Positions 27,787 to 38,041 of a DNA stretch of 64,000 nucleotides are shown here, one piece after another. The stretch covers positions 3,639 to 67,638 of the forward strand of contig DATIKM010000033.1 of the NCBI GenBank assembly GCA_035477595.1, read 5' to 3'. Source of the DNA: Chthonomonadales bacterium (lineage in GTDB: Bacteria > Armatimonadota > Chthonomonadetes > Chthonomonadales > CAJBBX01). The position numbers and the translations under genes are program-made. The first letter of the stretch is position 1. The number at the start of each line of letters is the position of its first letter. Below the pieces are notes generated by a model. The model made no database searches, had not been told where the DNA came from, and saw only the letters and a list, made by a program, of their open reading frames with translations.

Positions 27787-28164
27787 TCAGCGCGTTGCCG
27801 GATCTGGCGCGCCCTTGGTCGGGCGCTGCTTCGCCAGGGATGCCGGGCATGACGACCGCTCTTTCGCGGGGCAGCCCGCACAGGCGCTGGCGGCCGTGCT
27901 GCCGGAGGCAGGCTTCCTCTTCGAGACGGCCTTCGCACACCCCATGTCCCTGCAGTGGCTGCAGACGTAGTAGGTCGTGCCGTTGATCTTGACGGGGATC
28001 GAGTGCTCTTTGTCGGGCTTCGTCTTTAGGTAGTAGTTGCCACCAGCGGGACACTTCGGACGGGCGGCGGGCTCGGACGGCTTGCTTCTCTGGCCGCTGA
28101 AGGCCGAGAAGGCCAGCACAACGCCGACAGCGCAGAGCGACGCGCCGGTCACACGACCCAACAT
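27787..28164 (-). CDS. Small secreted Cys-rich hypothetical protein
   Basis: Signal-like 'MLGRVTGASLCAVGVVLAFSAFS'. It has eight further Cys residues, including the 'CSHCRDMGC' and 'CAGC' clusters. I recognise no family. Confidence 0.4.
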   Translation of the reverse strand: MLGRVTGASLCAVGVVLAFSAFSGQRSKPSEPAARPKCPAGGNYYLKTKPDKEHSIPVKINGTTYYVCSHCRDMGCAKAVSKRKPASGSTAASACAGCPAKERSSCPASLAKQRPTKGAPDPATR

Positions 28165-28300
28165 GCGAACTCCTCCTCAGGGACACGCTCATAGATGACG
28201 GGGCACGGCGAAGGCGCATCAAGCGCCTCTTAGTGGGCTCAAGCCCGGCATCCTCCCGGAAGTTCGGGCGCGGATCCCAGCCAAATGGGATGCAAACGTA

Positions 28301-28330
28301 TTGCATCGGCCTGCGGCGTTCCAGTATACT
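28301..28330 (+). promoter_or_regulatory. Sigma70-type promoter of groES-groEL
   Basis: TTGCAT (28301-28306), an 18-nt spacer, then TATACT (28325-28330). Confidence 0.6.
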
Positions 28331-28338
28331 GTCGCGGG

Positions 28339-28365
28339 CTGGCACTCGAAGGAAGAGAGTGCCAA
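28339..28365 (+). promoter_or_regulatory. CIRCE (HrcA operator) inverted repeat
   Basis: cTGGCACTC-gaaggaaga-GAGTGCCAa compares with the consensus TTAGCACTC-N9-GAGTGCTAA. It sits just downstream of the -10 and 140 nt upstream of groES. Confidence 0.8.
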
Positions 28366-28505
28366 ATGCCGCCGGTCGCATTGGTTCGCCTGGCTGATCA
28401 TACCCGATGCGGGCATCTGGGCGTTCCGGCTTGCCGCCCCGACGCGCGGCTCCATGCGGCCCGGCGCTCACCACCCATACTGCATGCGTCAGGAGGTCGT
28501 GAACG

Positions 28506-28796
28506 ATGGCGCTCAAGCCCCTAAACGATCGGCTGATCGTTAAGCCGACGGAGGCCGAGGAGAAGACGGCGGGTGGCATCGTCCTGCCCGACACGGCAAA
28601 GGAGAAGCCTCAGCGCGGCGAGGTGATCGCGGCCGGTCCCGGCAAGCTGCTGGAGAACGGCTCGGTCGTGCCGATGGAAGTGAAGGTCGGCGACACCGTC
28701 TACTACGCCAAGTATGGCGGGACCGAGATCAAGGTGGGCACCGACGATCTGGTCATCCTTCGGCAGGACGACGTTCTCGCGGTGATCGACGGGTAA
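28506..28796 (+). CDS. groES: Co-chaperonin GroES
   Basis: '[32 protein letters not shown]'. AGGAGG lies upstream. Confidence 0.97.
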   Translation: MALKPLNDRLIVKPTEAEEKTAGGIVLPDTAKEKPQRGEVIAAGPGKLLENGSVVPMEVKVGDTVYYAKYGGTEIKVGTDDLVILRQDDVLAVIDG

Positions 28797-30428
<1,632 letters not shown>

Positions 30429-30450
30429 TCGGCGTGCGGATGCACTGCAC

Positions 30451-30480
30451 GATGGGCCGGAGCACGTTCTCCGGCCCATC
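30451..30480 (+). terminator. GC-rich hairpin after groEL
   Basis: Perfect 12-bp stem GATGGGCCGGAG / CTCCGGCCCATC with a 6-nt loop, starting 23 nt after the stop. Confidence 0.6.
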
Positions 30481-30515
30481 GTCATTCGTGCCAGAATTCG
30501 AAATGGCGCGGAGGG

Positions 30516-30543
30516 ATGCAAACGCGCGCTGTTGTGGTACAAT
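30516..30543 (+). promoter_or_regulatory. Candidate extended -10 promoter of the cold-shock gene
   Basis: ATGCAA (30516-30521), a 16-nt spacer, then TGgTACAAT (30535-30543). This implies a ~150-nt 5' UTR, as is usual for csp mRNAs. Confidence 0.4.
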
Positions 30544-30696
30544 GGCCCGTCCCCCAAGGGGGATGTGCACAGGGCGAGAGAGTGAGCCGTTCGTTCCCAA
30601 AAGTACCTGCCGTATCGGGTCGGTACCCCTTCTGGCGTTCCGTTCGCTCATCGAGCCTGGCACCGTCTTGCTGTAAAGAGGAAAGGGGTATCACAG

Positions 30697-30903
30697 GTGG
30701 CAGAGGGAACCGTCAAGTGGTTCAACGCGACGAAGGGCTACGGCTTTCTCGCGCAGGAGGGCGGTGAGGACGTCTTCGTGCATTTCAGTGCGATCCAGGG
30801 CAGCGGCTATCGCGAACTGCACGAGGGCCAGCGCGTCCGCTTCGATGTGGAGCAGGACCCGCGCGGTAAGGGCCTCCGCGCCAGCAACGTCATCGTCCTG
30901 TAA
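30697..30903 (+). CDS. CspA-family cold-shock protein
   Basis: RNP1 'KGYGFL' within '[12 protein letters not shown]' and RNP2 'VFVHFSAI'. GTG start. Confidence 0.95.
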   Translation: MAEGTVKWFNATKGYGFLAQEGGEDVFVHFSAIQGSGYRELHEGQRVRFDVEQDPRGKGLRASNVIVL

Positions 30904-30933
30904 CTCTGGGGCGACGACCCACGCATCCGGTAT

Positions 30934-30961
30934 GGGGCCGGGAGGGAGACCTCCCGGCCCC
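30934..30961 (+). terminator. GC-rich hairpin after csp
   Basis: Perfect 12-bp stem GGGGCCGGGAGG / CCTCCCGGCCCC with a GAGA loop. Confidence 0.6.
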
Positions 30962-31061
30962 ACGCGCGTCTTGCCGGGCCAGCTGCGCAGGAGTCGAGGT
31001 GCAGACGGCCGAATCGCCATGCACACCACGGCGCACGGGACGCAGCGCGCAGGAGGTCCGT

Positions 31062-32339
31062 ATGGTCGCGAACCGGTTGGCGATCGATGGTGGCACTCCC
31101 GCTATACCTGAGCCTATCCCCTCGGCTCCTGGCGGGCTCGGCGTCCAATGCATCGACGACGCGGAAATCGAGGCCGTCACAGAACTCCTTCGCGCGGGGC
31201 AGCTCTTCCGGCACAGCCCGGGCAGCCGCGTCCGCGCCTTCGAACGCGAGGCGGCGGCATGGCTCGGGGTCGACCACGCGCTCATGGTGAACACGGGCAC
31301 CAGCGCCCTCGTGTGCGGCTTGGCTGGCATGGGCATCGGACCCGGGGACGAGGTGATCGTGCCTGCGTACACCTATATCGCGACCGCTGCAGCCGTAGTG
31401 GCGGTCGGGGCTGTGCCCGTACTCGCTGAGATCGACGAGTCTCTCGGGCTCGACCCAGCCGACCTCGAGGCCAAGGTCACTCCCAGCACGAAGGCCGTCA
31501 TTCCCGTGTACATGCAGGGCGTGCCTGCCAGGATCGCGGCGATCCTCGAGGTGGCGCGGCGTCATCGGCTCAAGGTGCTGGAGGACTGCTGCCAGTGCAT
31601 CGGCGGAGAGTACCGGGGTCGGCGGGTTGGCGCCTTGGGCGACGCCGGGGCCTGGAGCCTGAACTACTTCAAGATCCTCACATGCGGCGAGGGCGGGCTC
31701 GTCTTCACTAACGACTACCCGGTCTACGAGCGCGCCTGCTTCGCGTCCGACCCCGCGCTGCCAATGTGGATGAAGGGCACAACCGAACAGGAGGGGTGGG
31801 AGACCGAGCCGTTCTCCGCAAACTGCTTCCGCCCGAGCGAGCTGCTGGGCGGGCTGGCGCTCGTGCAGCTTGGCAAGCTGGATGCCATGCTCGCGCACAC
31901 GCGTACGCTCAAGCGCGCGTTCCTGGCCGCGTTGGAGGAACCGAGGGGCTACAGACCTCAGCACGTCGACGATCCCGACGGCGACTGCGGCATCAGCGCG
32001 GCGATCCTGGTGCACGATGCGCAGGCAGCCCGTCGCTACGGAGAGGCACTCTCAGCGGAGGGCCTGCCTTGCGGAACCGCCCACAATGAGGGCTTCCCGG
32101 ACCGCCACATCTACGTGTACTGGGACTCGATTCTGGGGAGGCACTCGCACCATCCCGCCGCCTCCGTGTGGGACCACCCGGCGTATAGCGGCAGTGTCGC
32201 CTACAGCGGGGATGCCTGCCCGCAGACCATAGATATCCTGAACCGCAGTCTCCGCTTCGGGTTCAACATGCGCATGACGCGCGAGCACGCCTGCCAGATG
32301 GCCGCCGCCATCAACAAGGTGGACGCGGCGCTGGCGTAG
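31062..32339 (+). CDS. DegT/DnrJ/EryC1/StrS-family PLP-dependent aminotransferase
   Basis: 'LMVNTGTSAL', 'GDEVIVPAYTY' and 'NYFKILTCGEGG' (PLP Lys). ATG 31062 with AGGAGG upstream. Confidence 0.75.
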   Translation: MVANRLAIDGGTPAIPEPIPSAPGGLGVQCIDDAEIEAVTELLRAGQLFRHSPGSRVRAFEREAAAWLGVDHALMVNTGTSALVCGLAGMGIGPGDEVIVPAYTYIATAAAVVAVGAVPVLAEIDESLGLDPADLEAKVTPSTKAVIPVYMQGVPARIAAILEVARRHRLKVLEDCCQCIGGEYRGRRVGALGDAGAWSLNYFKILTCGEGGLVFTNDYPVYERACFASDPALPMWMKGTTEQEGWETEPFSANCFRPSELLGGLALVQLGKLDAMLAHTRTLKRAFLAALEEPRGYRPQHVDDPDGDCGISAAILVHDAQAARRYGEALSAEGLPCGTAHNEGFPDRHIYVYWDSILGRHSHHPAASVWDHPAYSGSVAYSGDACPQTIDILNRSLRFGFNMRMTREHACQMAAAINKVDAALA

Positions 32340-32487
32340 TCGGCCGCCGCTGCTCGGCCATTCCCGTCATGCGAGGCCCCGCGCTGCCTCAGTGCGGCGC
32401 TGTCGCGCGCTGTGCCTGGGGTCGGGCCTGTTTGTGGGTCGCGCAGAGGGAGCAGCGCTCCAGCAGTGAACGGATAGCCGGGAACCG

Positions 32488-32517
32488 TTGACAAGCGCCT
32501 GTCCGATGGCCAATAAT
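32488..32517 (+). promoter_or_regulatory. Candidate sigma70-type promoter of the thrS leader
   Basis: TTGACA (32488-32493), a 17/18-nt spacer, then cAATAAT (32511-32517). Confidence 0.5.
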
Positions 32518-32662
32518 GGTGCCTGCGGCCAGCGCACCATGGCCCACGGCAGGATGCGACGATGGGAAGCGAGGCATCGCGAGTGTCGGTCAGCATTTGT
32601 GGCGGCGGCGTCCACCTGCGCCGGCGCTGACACGTATACGCCATCCGCCCGGCGCGCCTTGG

Positions 32663-32696
32663 ACGCCACCCCATGAGCGGGGTGGCGTTTCGTTTT
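32663..32696 (+). terminator. Intrinsic terminator inside the thrS leader (attenuator candidate)
   Basis: 10-bp stem ACGCCACCCC / GGGGTGGCGT with a 6-nt loop, followed by TTCGTTTTGG. It ends 57 nt before the thrS ATG. Confidence 0.7.
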
Positions 32697-32752
32697 GGCT
32701 GGCATAGTCGGCGACCGCTCTCGGCGGCGGCTCGCTACACGGAGGGCCACTC

Positions 32753-34504
32753 ATGGAGGCTGAGCAACGCGACGATCTGCACGCACTGCGCCACTCCGCG
32801 GCGCACCTGATGGCCCATGCGGTGGGCGATCTCTTTCCGGGTGTTAAGTATGCCATCGGCCCGCCCATCGAGGACGGGTTCTACTACGACTTCGATCTTC
32901 CGAGGCCCATCTGCGAGGAGGACCTGCCGCTCATCGAGTCGCGGATGCGTGAGATCGCCCGCCAGGGGTTGCCGATCGAGCCGCTCGTGATGGACCGCGA
33001 GAGCGCGCTGGCAGCCTGCGAAGCCAGCGGTCAGAGCTACAAGGTGGAGCTCATCCGCGACCTGCCGGAAGATGAGGTGCTCGGTTTCTACCGTCAGGGG
33101 GACTGGTCGGACCTCTGTCGTGGCCCTCACGTGCCGACCACCGCCGACGTGCGCCACTTCCGGCTGCTCAGCACCGCCGGTGCGTACTGGCGCGGCAGTG
33201 AGAAGAACCCCATGCTGACGCGCATCTACGGCACGGCATGGCATCGCGAAGAGGACCTTAACGCCTATCTGGAGCGCCTGGAGGAGGCACGCCGCCGCGA
33301 TCACCGGAAGCTCGGGCGCGACTTGGGGCTCTTCGTCTTCGCCAGCGAGGATGTGGGCCAGGGCATCCCGCTCTTTCTCCCGAAGGGCGAGACAGTGCGT
33401 CACCTCATGGAGCGCTACGTTCGGGAGGTCCAGACGCGCTATGGCTACCAGCACGTGTGGACCGCGCACATCGTGCGCGAGGAGCTCTACAGGAAGAGCG
33501 GCCACCTCGATAACTACGGCCACGTGATGTTCCCGCCGATGGTGGACCCGGACGATGGCGTCACCTACAGGCTCAAGCCGATGAACTGCCCGTCGCACAT
33601 GACCCTCTACAACTCGCAACTCCACTCGTACCGCGACCTCCCGGTGCGCTACGCGGAGTTCGCCACGCTCTACAGGTACGAGAGGACGGGCGAGCTGACG
33701 GGCCTTACGCGAGTTCGCTCCCTTACGCAGGACGATTGCCACATATTCTGCACGGAGGAGCAGGTTGAGGAGGAGTTCGGCCGGGCGCTCGCCCTCATCC
33801 AGGAAGTGCTGCAGCGGCATCGCTTCACGGAGTACCGCGTGCGGCTATCGCTGAGGGGTGACGAGCCTGGCGGCAAGTACGTGGCGGACGATGAGAAGTG
33901 GAGCCGCGCGACGGAGGCGCTCCGCCGCGCACTGGCTGCCAGTGGCGTGGAGTGCTTCGAGGCGAAGGGCGAGGCTGCGTTCTACGGTCCGAAGGCGGAC
34001 TTCCAGACCAAGGATGTCCTCGGACGGGAGTGGACAGCCTCCACGATCCAGGTCGACTTCATCCAGCCAGCACGGCTGGGCTGCGAGTATGTGGACGAGG
34101 CCGGAGCCCGCCGGACGCCGGTCGTGCTACACCGCGCGGTCACGGGCGCCACGGAGCGCTTCCTTGGCCTGCTGATCGAGCAATACGCGGGCGCGTTCCC
34201 GCTGTGGCTCGCACCGGTTCAGGTTGCGCTGCTGCCCATTACGGACGGCCAGGCAGGATACGCGAGGTCCGTCGCCGATGCGCTGACGGCGGAGGGCTTC
34301 CGGGTGGAGACGGACGGTCGCTCGGAGCGGGTTGGGAAGAAGATCGCGGAGGCCGAGGTGCAGAAGGTCCCCTACATGCTCATCATGGGCAGGCGCGACC
34401 AGGAGGCGGGGGTCGTCTCGGTGCGCAAGCGCGGAGAGGGCGACCTCGGAGCGATGCCGCTGGCACAGTTGCTGGAGCGGCTGCGAGTTGAGCTCGCGGA
34501 GTAG
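32753..34504 (+). CDS. thrS: Threonyl-tRNA synthetase (short form lacking the N-terminal TGS domain)
   Basis: 'HSAAHLMAHAV' (editing-domain His pair) occurs at residues 14-24. Class II motifs 'YRYERTGELTGLTRVRSLTQDDCHIF' and 'FYGPKADF' are present. Confidence 0.93.
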   Translation: MEAEQRDDLHALRHSAAHLMAHAVGDLFPGVKYAIGPPIEDGFYYDFDLPRPICEEDLPLIESRMREIARQGLPIEPLVMDRESALAACEASGQSYKVELIRDLPEDEVLGFYRQGDWSDLCRGPHVPTTADVRHFRLLSTAGAYWRGSEKNPMLTRIYGTAWHREEDLNAYLERLEEARRRDHRKLGRDLGLFVFASEDVGQGIPLFLPKGETVRHLMERYVREVQTRYGYQHVWTAHIVREELYRKSGHLDNYGHVMFPPMVDPDDGVTYRLKPMNCPSHMTLYNSQLHSYRDLPVRYAEFATLYRYERTGELTGLTRVRSLTQDDCHIFCTEEQVEEEFGRALALIQEVLQRHRFTEYRVRLSLRGDEPGGKYVADDEKWSRATEALRRALAASGVECFEAKGEAAFYGPKADFQTKDVLGREWTASTIQVDFIQPARLGCEYVDEAGARRTPVVLHRAVTGATERFLGLLIEQYAGAFPLWLAPVQVALLPITDGQAGYARSVADALTAEGFRVETDGRSERVGKKIAEAEVQKVPYMLIMGRRDQEAGVVSVRKRGEGDLGAMPLAQLLERLRVELAE

Positions 34505-34740
34505 GGGATGCGCATCGCGTGGCCGGGCGCGGTCTTCGATGCGCTCTGCCACGCCGAAGGTGTACAGGAGGCCGGCCGGCAGGCTGGAGCACGTGGACAG
34601 GTGGCGCGTGAGTCTGGCATCCAGGCTCTCGCGGGTGCAGTCCGACCAGATCGACCGCGTGCTGGCGGTGTGCGCGGATCTGCACACGACGGCGCGTTGG
34701 AACCTCTACGGGTGGCTATCGCAGGGGGGAGGGAGCGAGC

Positions 34741-35649
34741 ATGGTGGAGCCAGTGATCGCTGCGACGTGGCGCTTCGGCCGGCTGGCGGTTGAGGCAGGC
34801 CTACCGATCCTGGAGCGAGGCGGCACATCCCTCGATGCTGTGGAGGTGGGCGCGAACGCGGTCGAGGAGGACCCATCGGTATTGTCGGTGGGGTATGGCG
34901 GCCTGCCGAACGCCGAAGGCGTTGTGGAGCTGGACGCCGCCATCATGGACGGAACCTCGCATGGAGCGGGGGCTGTGGGTAGTATGCGCGGCATCCGGAG
35001 ACCCATCTCCGTCGCGCGCAGGGTCATGGAGCTGCTCCCTCACGTGATGCTGGCGGGCGAGGGGGCGACGCGGTTCGCTCTGGCGAACGGATTCCCCGAG
35101 TGCGACCTGCTGACGGACGAGTCTCGCAGGCGATGGTCGGCGTGGCGGGAGACGCAGTTGGCTGCTCGGGTGGCGCATTTCGATAGGGCTGGCGCGGACT
35201 CCCACGATACGGTCGGCGTGCTGGCCCTAGACGCGCGCGGGGATCTTGCGGCAGGTTGCACGACGTCCGGCCTGGCGTGGAAGCGCCCCGGGCGCATCGG
35301 AGACAGCCCGATCGTCGGCTCAGGGCTCTACGCAGACAACGCCGTTGGCGCCGCGTGCGCCACGGGGAACGGCGACGAGATCATGAAGGCCTGCCTCTCT
35401 CACCGCGCCGTGATGCGCATGGAGGGCGGGATGCATCCGCAGGCTGCCTGTGAGGATGCCATCGCCTACCTGCTCAGGAAGCGACCGGGGAAGGTAGGCA
35501 GTGGCGCCGCCTGTCTGGCGATCCGCCGCGACGGCGAAGTCGGTTCGGCTGCGACCGGCGTGGGCCACAGCCCGGACCGCCGCTGGGTCTTCGTTACGGG
35601 CAGGTCTGGCGCCATCACAGAGCTGGAAGGCGTCTACGTCACGGGCTGA
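34741..35649 (+). CDS. Ntn-hydrolase of the asparaginase-2 family (glycosylasparaginase / isoaspartyl peptidase)
   Basis: 'HDTVGVLALD' (autoprocessing Thr), 'GRIGDSPIVGSGLYADN' and 'CATGNGDEIMK'. Confidence 0.75.
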   Translation: MVEPVIAATWRFGRLAVEAGLPILERGGTSLDAVEVGANAVEEDPSVLSVGYGGLPNAEGVVELDAAIMDGTSHGAGAVGSMRGIRRPISVARRVMELLPHVMLAGEGATRFALANGFPECDLLTDESRRRWSAWRETQLAARVAHFDRAGADSHDTVGVLALDARGDLAAGCTTSGLAWKRPGRIGDSPIVGSGLYADNAVGAACATGNGDEIMKACLSHRAVMRMEGGMHPQAACEDAIAYLLRKRPGKVGSGAACLAIRRDGEVGSAATGVGHSPDRRWVFVTGRSGAITELEGVYVTG

Positions 35650-35935
35650 GCCACCCCTAGTGCCTGCTCGCGGCGCCGCTCCGGCGCAAGCAGCACCCCA
35701 CTCCCACGCAACGGCCCCTGAGGATTGCGGCTTCGCTCGCCGATAGATGAGTGACGCCCCTGCGCGTCGCGCGCCCAGGCCTGCTTCGGGCAGCGTGCCG
35801 CGGCTCCACGGACCGGCCCGCAACGACGGGTCGAAGGCTCGCCGCGCAGCGCAGGGCTGTCTGCCTCGGATCGGTCCGCAGCACGGAAGCCGCCCCGCTC
35901 CGCAACGCCACTCGATCGTCTGGAGAGCGACGGTC

Positions 35936-38041
35936 ATGGCCGTCCACAGCCCTTCTGCTTCCAAGGGCCGCAGCTTGGCACGCTTCAGCGACGTAGCGAT
36001 GGCGATCGGCCTTGTCGCCATCGTCGCGATGCTGATCGTGCCGATCCCACACTGGCTGCTGGACGGCCTCATCGCCTTCAACCTGGCGATGTCTGTGGTG
36101 ATCGTCCTCATCACGATATACACGACTGAGCCGCTGCAGTTCAGCGTGTTTCCGTCGTTGCTGCTCATGGCCACCCTGTTCCGCCTCTCGCTGAACATCG
36201 CCGCCACGCGCCTCATCCTGTCCACCGCTGAAGCGGGACAGATCATCCAGGCCTTCGGCACGGTCGTGCTCGGCGGGAACTTCGTCGTCGGATTCATCGC
36301 GTTCCTCATCCTCGTGGTTGTCCAGTTCGTGGTGATCACGAACGGCGCCAGCCGCGTGGCGGAGGTTGCCGCCAGGTTCACGCTAGACGCGATGCCCGGA
36401 AAACAGATGTCGATCGACGCCGACCTCAACGCGGGCCACCTTACCGAAGAAGAGGCGCGCGAGCGCAGGCGGCAGATCGAGCATGAGGCGGACTTCTACG
36501 GTGCGATGGACGGTGCGAGCAAGTTCGTCCGAGGGGACGCCACGGCCGCCATCCTCATCATGATCATCAACCTTGTGGGCGGCTTCGCGATCGGCATGAT
36601 CAACGGCCAGGGCGACGCCCTCACAGTGCTCCGGACCTACTCGATCCTCACCGTGGGAGAAGGCATGGTCAGCCAGATCCCCGCGCTGATGATCTCCACG
36701 GCCACGGGCTTCCTCGTCACGCGTGCGGGCTCCACGACGAACATCGGCACGGACTTCGCCGGCCAGCTTCTGTCGCACTCCCGCCCGGTGCTGCTGTCGG
36801 GCGCATTGCTGCTCGCCCTGTTCTTCGTTCCCGGCTTCCCGAAGCTCCCGCTGATGGTGGTCGGCGCGCTGGTTGTCGGCGTCGCGCTGGTACTGATGAA
36901 GAACGAACGGACTGAGGCAGTGGTGCGGTCCGTCGCGGAGCAGAAGGAGCAGAAGGCCGCCGCGAAGCCGGCGGAGGACCCGCTACGGCTGCTGTCGGTC
37001 GATGCCCTCCTGCTTGAGCTGGGGAGCAACCTGGTGCCGCTGGCACTGCCGGAGGAGGGGGGCGACCTGCCAGACCGCGTGGCGGCGGCGCGACGGCAGA
37101 TCGCGCTCGACCTCGGCATCGTGCTGCCGATGGTGCGCATCAAGGACAACCTCGCGCTCCGCGCCAACCAGTACGTCATCAAGATGCGGGATCAGGTCAT
37201 CGGCCGGCACGAGCTGATGCCGAACCACGTGCTCGCGATCGACCCGGGATCGGTTATCACGCCGATGGAAGGCGTGCGCACCGTGGATCCGGCCTTCGGA
37301 AGCCCGGCGATCTGGGTGCCCCGCTCTTCGCGCGAGCGCGCCGAGATGTGCGGATACGTGGTAGCCCACCCCGCTGCCGTTCTCATCACGCACCTCACCG
37401 AGACCATTCGATCTCACGCCCACGAGTTGCTGACGCGCCAGGAGGTTCAGTCCCTCATCGAGCATCTCCGGGAGCAGAACAAGGTGGTGGTCGAGGAGTT
37501 GATCCCGAGCCTGATGTCACTCGGTGAGGTGCAGAAGGTGTTGCAGAACCTGCTGCGGGAACGCGTTTCGATTCGGGACCTGGGCACGGTCCTGGAGGCG
37601 CTGGCGGACTGGGCGCCGCGCACCAAGGACTCTGACCAGCTCACGGAGTACGCCCGTGCCGCGCTCTCCCGGCAGATCACCCGCCAGTACGTAGATGAGA
37701 GCGGCGCGCTCGATGTGCTGACCCTCGAACCTACGCTCGAGCGCTCCCTCCGCGACGCAGTGCAGATGACCCCGACCGGCGCGATGCTGGCTGTCGACCC
37801 CAACACTGCCACTGCGTTGCTGGCGGACCTGACGCGTGAGGTGGAACGCACTGTGAACGAAGGACGAAGCGCGGTCCTGCTCTGCTCTTCGCAGGTTCGG
37901 CTTGCCCTCAAACGCCTCACCGAGCGGAACCTGCCCGGTCTCTCGATCATGGCCTACAACGAGGTTTCAACGGGAACAGACGTTCGCGTCACCGGCACGG
38001 TTGGCGCGACCGGTGCGCGTACAGCGGAGCTTGCGGCATGA
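35936..38041 (+). CDS. flhA: Flagellar export apparatus protein FlhA
   Basis: 'FPSLLLMATLFRLSLNIAATRLIL', 'MPGKQMSIDADL' and 'FVRGDA'. The start is ATG 35936. Confidence 0.9.
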   Translation: MAVHSPSASKGRSLARFSDVAMAIGLVAIVAMLIVPIPHWLLDGLIAFNLAMSVVIVLITIYTTEPLQFSVFPSLLLMATLFRLSLNIAATRLILSTAEAGQIIQAFGTVVLGGNFVVGFIAFLILVVVQFVVITNGASRVAEVAARFTLDAMPGKQMSIDADLNAGHLTEEEARERRRQIEHEADFYGAMDGASKFVRGDATAAILIMIINLVGGFAIGMINGQGDALTVLRTYSILTVGEGMVSQIPALMISTATGFLVTRAGSTTNIGTDFAGQLLSHSRPVLLSGALLLALFFVPGFPKLPLMVVGALVVGVALVLMKNERTEAVVRSVAEQKEQKAAAKPAEDPLRLLSVDALLLELGSNLVPLALPEEGGDLPDRVAAARRQIALDLGIVLPMVRIKDNLALRANQYVIKMRDQVIGRHELMPNHVLAIDPGSVITPMEGVRTVDPAFGSPAIWVPRSSRERAEMCGYVVAHPAAVLITHLTETIRSHAHELLTRQEVQSLIEHLREQNKVVVEELIPSLMSLGEVQKVLQNLLRERVSIRDLGTVLEALADWAPRTKDSDQLTEYARAALSRQITRQYVDESGALDVLTLEPTLERSLRDAVQMTPTGAMLAVDPNTATALLADLTREVERTVNEGRSAVLLCSSQVRLALKRLTERNLPGLSIMAYNEVSTGTDVRVTGTVGATGARTAELAA

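Noticed and set aside
32380-32700. A canonical T-box riboswitch upstream of thrS.
   Set aside because: Fragments such as AGAGGGAG, AGTGAA and CCGTTGA resemble Stem I and F-box elements. However, I could not find the invariant T-box core (GGGUGGUACCGCG), a Thr specifier loop, or a consistent Stem I fold. It is kept only as an unclassified attenuator pending an Rfam scan.
35739-35746. GCCGATAG, resembling the sigma-28 (FliA) -10 element GCCGATAA, 190 nt upstream of flhA.
   Set aside because: No TAAA-like -35 lies at the required ~15-nt spacing. A single 8-mer is not enough to call a promoter.
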